IMG/VR virus record: IMGVR_UViG_3300001354_000030
Coordinates: 1-27,115 of that record
Reading direction: 5' to 3' (one strand)
Source of the DNA: a virus
Taxonomy: Duplodnaviria > Caudoviricetes
DNA length: 27,115 nucleotides
This document shows positions 8,998-14,984 of this stretch, one piece after another; position 1 is the stretch's first letter, and the number at the start of each line of letters is the position of its first letter. Both the position numbers and the translations under genes were made by a program. The notes under the pieces are model-generated. The model searched no databases. It was not told the DNA's origin and was given only the letters and a program-made list of their open reading frames with translations.

Positions 8998-10349
8998 AAC
9001 TCAGACACTTATTTGAAGAACGTAAAAAGAAAGTTGTTGCGGTTATGCCGGGAGGATTTCATCCCTTCCATCCTGGACACAAAAGTTTATACGACTGGGC
9101 AGTTGACACGTTTGGAAAACCTAATGTTTATGTAGCTGCTACTGACGACACTAAGTCTCGACCCTTTCCGTTTGCTATAAAACAAAAATTAGCCGCTATG
9201 GCTGGTGTACCAACACAACGCTTTATACAAGTTAAAAGTCCTTTCAATGCGTTGTCGTATACAGGATTACTAAGTGATCCAGAAAATACTGCATTAGTAT
9301 TTGTACGTAGCGAAAAGGATCAAACCAGTCATCCTAAGCCAGATCAAATAAGAAAAAGCGATGGGCAAATGGGCTATATTATAAGCTACAATGGCGAACT
9401 AGAACACGGTGCAGATATGCATGGTTATATGACATATGGTCCTACAATTGATTTTAACTTTAGTGGCATGGATATCAAAAGTGCTAGTGAACTTAGGGCA
9501 GCGTGGCCTGAAATGGATGAGGAGAAAAAAATGAAAGCAGCAGAATTAATGTATCCGGGTAACGGCGACACTGCTAGTAAGTTGCTTAATAATGCACTCG
9601 GAGATCCAGAAGCACCTATAGGTGAAGCAGACGAACAACCTGCTGAATCATATATAGTAAAACCAGGTGATACTATTTGGGCAATAGCTACTAGATTTGC
9701 TGATAGTAATTACGATGGTGACGTAAAAGCAGGTGCTAAAGATATTTTAGAACTTAACGGTATTAAAAATCCAAAATCTTTGCGCCCAGGACAAAAGTTA
9801 GAAATAGGGTATTTTATGGGGGGTATGAGTTCAGGAGCAACTAGAGGACTTCCGCCAGGTGGATTTAAGGCATATGAAGCAGAAGTAACACCAGGACAAT
9901 CATTACCTAAACAAATTAAAGTAATTAAAATGCCTACACCACCACAAGCACCTACTGGTCCAGATGGCACAGATGAAAATGGTACTCGAATTGGCACTAC
10001 TCCAAAAGGCAATAGAAGTGTTGCAAGTGGAGCAGGAACATATATCTTTACGCCAAAAGGAAAATTAATGTTGTATATGACTCCAAAGATAGGTGGGTTA
10101 CAACAAACACATAACATTGCTAAACAAACCGTTACTGTAAACTTTGGCACATCAGCACAAGGTGCAACTATAGATCAAAAAGCAACTTATGATATGAGTG
10201 GCAAACTTATAAGTGGTGATAATACGTCAATCAGAAGTGGTAATATGGGGGTAAGCATTGACAAAGACAAAGGATCAACAGTAGATTATAAAGTAGATGC
10301 AAATACAAAAGTTTCAGCAAACAGTAAAACCGGTATAAAGGTAAATTAA
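8994..10349 (+). CDS. Multidomain protein: HIGH-superfamily nucleotidyltransferase-like domain, LysM domain, beta-rich C-terminal domain
   Basis: VMPGGFHPFHPGH (HxGH) and KSASELR; LysM YIVKPGDTIWAIA...ILELNGIKNPKSLRPGQKLEI at about 9651-9806. Confidence 0.8.
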   Translation: MKLRHLFEERKKKVVAVMPGGFHPFHPGHKSLYDWAVDTFGKPNVYVAATDDTKSRPFPFAIKQKLAAMAGVPTQRFIQVKSPFNALSYTGLLSDPENTALVFVRSEKDQTSHPKPDQIRKSDGQMGYIISYNGELEHGADMHGYMTYGPTIDFNFSGMDIKSASELRAAWPEMDEEKKMKAAELMYPGNGDTASKLLNNALGDPEAPIGEADEQPAESYIVKPGDTIWAIATRFADSNYDGDVKAGAKDILELNGIKNPKSLRPGQKLEIGYFMGGMSSGATRGLPPGGFKAYEAEVTPGQSLPKQIKVIKMPTPPQAPTGPDGTDENGTRIGTTPKGNRSVASGAGTYIFTPKGKLMLYMTPKIGGLQQTHNIAKQTVTVNFGTSAQGATIDQKATYDMSGKLISGDNTSIRSGNMGVSIDKDKGSTVDYKVDANTKVSANSKTGIKVN

Positions 10350-10564
10350 TGTATTCAAGTATTGATGAACTTAAGAAACTTGCTGGTGTAAACGAATTTA
10401 AAGGTTACACAGAGTATACTCTTGAGAACATAAGCGATGCTGCTAATTCAAACGCAAAAAAGATGCGTGATAAAAATATTAAGCCAGGTGACAAAGAATG
10501 GTTTGAACTTTGGTTCAGTTTGCCAGGTATGACCGGCGTACCATTTAGAGGTCGTAAAAAATGA
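10349..10564 (+). CDS. Small hypothetical protein with ELKKLAGVNE motif
   Basis: Coupled on both sides (TAATG, ATGA); the KLAGVxE motif recurs in ORF 13153. Confidence 0.75.
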   Translation: MYSSIDELKKLAGVNEFKGYTEYTLENISDAANSNAKKMRDKNIKPGDKEWFELWFSLPGMTGVPFRGRKK

Positions 10565-11985
10565 GATTTTATGAACTAAATGAAGATGGCAGAATAGTAA
10601 AAGGTGTCAATACTACAGTTGATGTAGGACCTAATGAAATACCAAAACAAGCAAAAAAGTTTGGTAACAGTGTTTCAAAAGACGGAGTTCCACCTACCTT
10701 AAGCAAAAAAACAAAAGGTAAATCTACAAATGTTTTGTTCAATTTAGGTTTAGCAGAAAATATTTCAGTTGACACACTATATGAAAATGTGTTATACTAT
10801 AGGCAAATGAAAGAAGACTTAGGCGAAATAGCACAGGCAACTGAAATATATATTGACATGGACGGCGTACTTGCAGACTTTTTTGGTGAGTGGGCTAAAC
10901 TAATGGATAAAAAGCATTGGACAAAGATTGATGATTTTCCAAATGCACTACAAAAAATTAGAGATACAGAACAATTTTGGTTAGAACTGCCAATACTTCC
11001 TCAAGCAAAACAATTACTTGCTCTTGTAAAACAAGTAAAAGGTGAATACAATATATGTAGCACACCTTTAGCAGATGATCCAAAATCTGAGCCGCACAAG
11101 CGTGAATGGATTAAAAAGAACCTAGCATTTTTTCCGCCAAAAAATATACACATAACACATGACAAACCACAGTATGCAACACAGCAAGACGGCACACCTA
11201 ACATATTAATTGACGATTACGGCAAAAACGTAGAAGCATGGGATGCCGCAGGAGGTACAGGGTTTAAATACAAAGATCATAAGTTTGAGCGTACAGCTAA
11301 AGATATTAAACAGCATATGCAAGAGCCAGTTAAAGAAGCATTTGATACACAGATTGATTGGGAAAAAGATCCTGAAGACCATGGCGATGGTGATGCATAT
11401 ATTGCATACATTGGTCGCAAAGAAGTAGGGATTCAATATTTCTTTGAACCTATTAATGCAGGAGGCGTTATTCTACCTGGTTTAGATATAACATTTGAAG
11501 TGAATGGTGCTACTAAGAAAACCGGTGGTGGAGATGCAAGTACAATATTTGGTGCAGTAATCAATCACATTAAACAATTTATAGAACAACACAGTGAAAT
11601 TGATGTTATACAATTTAGTGCAAGTAAAGAACAAGGACTTTCACGTACACGATTATACAGTGCTATGGTAGATAAATTATCAAAAGGAACTGATTGGATA
11701 AATGCTAAAACCATATCTAAAGCAGATAAAAGTATAAAAGATGCAGACATGTTCAAACTTGTAAGAAGAAATGCTGTAAATGACAAAATGACGGGCATAG
11801 AAGAAAACTTTGCTGACGGTAAAAAAAAAGGTAAGAGTAGGCCCGGACGTGTTAAAAAGTCTGGAGCAAGCTGTAATGGCAGCGTCACAAGCCTAAGAAA
11901 AAAAGCAAAAAAAGCAAGTGGTGAGAAGGCTAAAATGTATCACTGGTGTGCTAACATGAAGAGCGGAAAGACGAAAGGTAAATAG
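10561..11985 (+). CDS. Multidomain protein containing a HAD 5'(3')-deoxyribonucleotidase (NT5C-like) domain
   Basis: IYIDMDGVLADF, CSTP, KREWIKKN, ILIDDYGKNVEAWDAAGG; additional modules on both sides. Confidence 0.8.
   Translation: MRFYELNEDGRIVKGVNTTVDVGPNEIPKQAKKFGNSVSKDGVPPTLSKKTKGKSTNVLFNLGLAENISVDTLYENVLYYRQMKEDLGEIAQATEIYIDMDGVLADFFGEWAKLMDKKHWTKIDDFPNALQKIRDTEQFWLELPILPQAKQLLALVKQVKGEYNICSTPLADDPKSEPHKREWIKKNLAFFPPKNIHITHDKPQYATQQDGTPNILIDDYGKNVEAWDAAGGTGFKYKDHKFERTAKDIKQHMQEPVKEAFDTQIDWEKDPEDHGDGDAYIAYIGRKEVGIQYFFEPINAGGVILPGLDITFEVNGATKKTGGGDASTIFGAVINHIKQFIEQHSEIDVIQFSASKEQGLSRTRLYSAMVDKLSKGTDWINAKTISKADKSIKDADMFKLVRRNAVNDKMTGIEENFADGKKKGKSRPGRVKKSGASCNGSVTSLRKKAKKASGEKAKMYHWCANMKSGKTKGK
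11979..11984 (+). promoter_or_regulatory. TAAATA late-promoter-like motif, 5 nt before ATG
   Basis: GGTAAATA-gtatt-ATG(11990). Confidence 0.45.
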
Positions 11986-11989
11986 TATT

Positions 11990-12268
11990 ATGAGAATATT
12001 AGAAATTTTATCTGAGAAAAAAGTTGAAATGTGTCCTAAGGCTTGTTGCGGTGTTCCTGTAACAGAATGTACATGTGGACCTGACTGCAAACACTGTGAT
12101 TGCCATGCTAAGAAAAAAGCAATGAAAGAAACTACTATGGCTTCTAGTATTGCAACTAGTATTGGTGGAGGAAACGGCTTTGCTAGTGGCGGAATTGGTA
12201 GCGAACCTATAAAACGTGTAAACAGTGATAAACCGAAATCCAAGAAGAAAAAGAAAACAAAAGCATAA
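11990..12268 (+). CDS. Small modular protein with Cys-rich metallothionein-like segment
   Basis: MRILEILSE leader, CPKACCGVPVTECTCGPDCKHCDCH, then a Gly-rich segment and Lys-rich tail. Confidence 0.75.
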   Translation: MRILEILSEKKVEMCPKACCGVPVTECTCGPDCKHCDCHAKKKAMKETTMASSIATSIGGGNGFASGGIGSEPIKRVNSDKPKSKKKKKTKA

Positions 12269-12271
12269 ATA
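12266..12271 (+). promoter_or_regulatory. TAAATA late-promoter-like motif
   Basis: CATAAATA followed by GGAG and ATG 12289. Confidence 0.45.
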
Positions 12272-12288
12272 TATATACGGAGAGTATA

Positions 12289-12780
12289 ATGCGGCACAAT
12301 GAAATAAACAAAAAAGTTAATGAAGGCGGACTAGGTGATTTAGCCCAAATGGCGGAACGAGATCACGAAGTGCAAATGGCACGAGCTGACCTATACAAAA
12401 TAGCAAAATATGCAATCAAATTACACGAAATGCTTAAAACTGTTTCTGAAGCAGAAGGCATAGAAGGATGGCAACAGAGTAAAATAACTAAGGCCGCAGA
12501 TTATATTGGCTCTGTATATCATGCAATGGATTATGACATGAAGTTTGCAGAAACTGCTGTTGCAGAGGCTAAAAAATCTTCGTACAAAGATGGGCTAAAT
12601 GCTATGCTTGAGTCAAAAACTAAATCTAAAGTATGTAGCGAATGTGGTAAACCAAGTTACACTACACTTGACGAAGAAAAGCAAAAAGGCGTTGACGGCA
12701 AAGTATGCTGGAAAGGCTACAAGCGTATGGGCACCAAGAAAAAAGGTGGCAAAACAGTAGACAACTGTGTGAAGATGTAA
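12289..12780 (+). CDS. Modular hypothetical protein with C-terminal CWKGY...NCVK basic module
   Basis: GGAG ribosome-binding site; helical DHEVQMARADLYKIAKYA...WQQSKITKAADYI module, CxxC, C-terminal CWKGYKRMGTKKKGGKTVDNCVKM. Confidence 0.8.
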   Translation: MRHNEINKKVNEGGLGDLAQMAERDHEVQMARADLYKIAKYAIKLHEMLKTVSEAEGIEGWQQSKITKAADYIGSVYHAMDYDMKFAETAVAEAKKSSYKDGLNAMLESKTKSKVCSECGKPSYTTLDEEKQKGVDGKVCWKGYKRMGTKKKGGKTVDNCVKM

Positions 12781-13151
12781 TGCTTGTCCACGAAATATTT
12801 GACATTTTCAAAGGTAAAGAAAAAACTATCGGCGATGATCCACAATATAAAGGCTGGTTAAAAATTTATCTTAAGAATCCTGATGCCGCAGAAATGCACA
12901 AGGATCATAAAAAGTTTTTACAATATTTCAAACAAACCAATACTAATGAAAATTTTTTAGATAAAGTAAAGGGCGCATTTAGCTCTATGATGCCTGCAGA
13001 TATGAATGACCTTGTTGCATGGGTGAACAAAAATTTACGAAGTAAAGGCACTCAGTGGATTTACAAAAATGTAGGTGAAGAATTTGGATCTAAACATTTT
13101 ACTAAGTTTGACGTAGACAAAGCTATAAACATTGTGATGAAAAGAGGTTAA
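12780..13151 (+). CDS. Hypothetical protein (N-terminus MLVHEIFD)
   Basis: TAATG-coupled ATG at 12780, in frame with ORF 12705..13151. Confidence 0.7.
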   Translation: MLVHEIFDIFKGKEKTIGDDPQYKGWLKIYLKNPDAAEMHKDHKKFLQYFKQTNTNENFLDKVKGAFSSMMPADMNDLVAWVNKNLRSKGTQWIYKNVGEEFGSKHFTKFDVDKAINIVMKRG

Positions 13152-13152
13152 T

Positions 13153-13920
13153 ATGACTGACTTTTATAAAATGAGCTCAATGATGAAGGACTTATTTCCT
13201 TCAACTCCTGAACAGGATAAACAAGCTCTTTTAAATATGGCAAACAATGCTCCTGCAGATATACCCCCAACTAAAGATTATATAAACGAAAGTACATCAG
13301 TACCTGAAGGATCAATGCCATTAGGTATTGACAGTGTAAGCGACTTCGCAAAATTAGCTGGTGTCACAGAAACACAGAAAACAGGTAGTGCAGGACAAGC
13401 AAAAGGCAAAGATCCAATGCCTAAATTGAGCAAGCCTACAGCAGGAAATGAAACACCTCATCCTTTAAAAGATAAACTAGTAGGCGAAGCCGATATAGAT
13501 ATAACAGCTCTTACACCTGCTGCAACTACATTAGGTGGAGCAATTGATCCTGACATGGATCCTAGTGCTTTAATTGCAAGAGGCTTAAAGAAAGCCGGTG
13601 AAGGCGAAATATTAAACGACAAAGAACGAGCAGCAATACAACCGTATATAGCATTGTTTTCTGAATTAATGTCTAATCCAGCATTTAGAAACAATCTTAT
13701 TGCTATGCAGAAGATATTAGCTAAAAAGAATAAAAAGAAAGAAGAAGATGCTCCTCCAGGCAGAGAGAAGCAAGTCAAAAAACTGAAAAAGAAATTTGAC
13801 GATCCTGGTGCACCCTATGCCATTGCGTGGGCACAGCACAATAAACATGGCAAGCCCAACAAAAAGACAGAATCGATCAAAGAAGAACTATATAAAGCAC
13901 TCGCAAAATATAAAAAATAG
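13153..13920 (+). CDS. Modular hypothetical protein (KLAGVTE motif; basic C-terminal PYAIAWAQ module)
   Basis: AGAGG ribosome-binding site; low-complexity linkers between short modules. Confidence 0.8.
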   Translation: MTDFYKMSSMMKDLFPSTPEQDKQALLNMANNAPADIPPTKDYINESTSVPEGSMPLGIDSVSDFAKLAGVTETQKTGSAGQAKGKDPMPKLSKPTAGNETPHPLKDKLVGEADIDITALTPAATTLGGAIDPDMDPSALIARGLKKAGEGEILNDKERAAIQPYIALFSELMSNPAFRNNLIAMQKILAKKNKKKEEDAPPGREKQVKKLKKKFDDPGAPYAIAWAQHNKHGKPNKKTESIKEELYKALAKYKK

Positions 13921-13930
13921 TTAGGTAAAA

Positions 13931-14122
13931 ATGTCCGACGTTAGTTTCAAAGAAAAATGCAGACTATTCTACATAGTAAAAGGACATATTGCACCAAACG
14001 ATCAAACTGTCATAGATTCCTACGATGGATACTTTAGACGTATGTGGAATAATCATGAAATGATTTACCGTGAAGACGGTTTTGAAGAAGCATACAAAAA
14101 AAGACTTGACAAGCAACAATAA
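13931..14122 (+). CDS. Small hypothetical protein (63 aa)
   Basis: AGGT upstream; fills the intergenic space in the same direction. Confidence 0.65.
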   Translation: MSDVSFKEKCRLFYIVKGHIAPNDQTVIDSYDGYFRRMWNNHEMIYREDGFEEAYKKRLDKQQ

Positions 14123-14134
14123 ATCCTATATAAT
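14106..14134 (+). promoter_or_regulatory. Consensus sigma70-type promoter
   Basis: TTGACA(14106-14111)-17 nt-TATAAT(14129-14134), then AAGGAG and ATG 14159. Confidence 0.85.
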
Positions 14135-14158
14135 ATAACTTAAACTAAGGAGAAACTT

Positions 14159-14419
14159 ATGAGTGACCGTACCTATGGTGCTGAAGAAAAAGCGAAACTT
14201 GAAAGACTAGTAAACGAAGGTGTTACAGTATTACAAGAAATTGAAGACCTAAATGCAGGATTAAAAGATACTGTCAAAGCAGTAGCAGAAGAACTTGATA
14301 TTAAACCATCAATGATTAATAAAGCAATTAAAATTGCACAAAAAGGTGACTGGGAAAAAGTTGCTGACGAATTCGACGATTTAGAAACACTTGTTGTTAC
14401 AGTTGGCAAAGACAAGTAA
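14159..14419 (+). CDS. Small dsDNA-binding protein, T4 DsbA / GapR-like
   Basis: 86-aa helical protein (LQEIEDLNAGLKDTVKAVAEELDIKPSMINKAIK) with the size and pattern of that family; upstream of the DNA polymerase. Confidence 0.6.
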   Translation: MSDRTYGAEEKAKLERLVNEGVTVLQEIEDLNAGLKDTVKAVAEELDIKPSMINKAIKIAQKGDWEKVADEFDDLETLVVTVGKDK

Positions 14420-14700
14420 TGCAGAAGATAAAAGATTTTTGGATCAATAGTTACAAAAGTGATAAGGTTGCTTTTACATTCGAACTGATAAGTTTTATCT
14501 TTACAGTAGTAGCAAGTTTGACTTTGGCATTTAATGCTATAGATCCAAACATGTTAATTATATATCCGTTCTTCTTTGTAGGATCGGTTACACAATGCTA
14601 CGCGGCTGTACGCAGAGGCGCGGCATGGGTTATGTTACTGACAGGATACTTTGCCGTCATTAACGTATTCGGATATGGAGTAGCAGCACTATGGTGGTAA
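14419..14700 (+). CDS. Small membrane protein, about 3 transmembrane helices
   Basis: Three hydrophobic segments; IYPF motif at the start of helix 2. Confidence 0.75.
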   Translation: MQKIKDFWINSYKSDKVAFTFELISFIFTVVASLTLAFNAIDPNMLIIYPFFFVGSVTQCYAAVRRGAAWVMLLTGYFAVINVFGYGVAALWW

Positions 14701-14909
14701 AGCCCTATCAATGGTTAGCGTGGGTCAGCACAGCATGTTTACTAGTGGCCGCAACTCTAGCCGCTTTTAATGTTTATCCTTTTTATATATGGGCATTCAT
14801 TGTAAGTAATAGTCTTTGGGTATTAATAGGTATCCTTTGGAAAGAGAACAGTTTAATAGTCCTTAATGCAGGACTAACCGTAATTTACATTGCGGGCTTG
14901 TTGTTTTAA
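14691..14909 (+). CDS. Small membrane protein, about 3 transmembrane helices
   Basis: Three hydrophobic segments; VYPF motif at the start of helix 2; overlaps the preceding similar gene. Confidence 0.75.
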   Translation: MVVKPYQWLAWVSTACLLVAATLAAFNVYPFYIWAFIVSNSLWVLIGILWKENSLIVLNAGLTVIYIAGLLF

Positions 14910-14984
14910 TAAGTAATAATAACGCCAATAGCAATAGCTAGGCATGTAGAAGGTTAAGTTGGCCATAAGCAACGAAGGAGATAT

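Noticed and set aside
12705-12779. Upstream start for ORF 12705..13151
   Set aside because: Overlaps the CWKGY module of the previous gene; the TAATG-coupled ATG at 12780 fits the local pattern.
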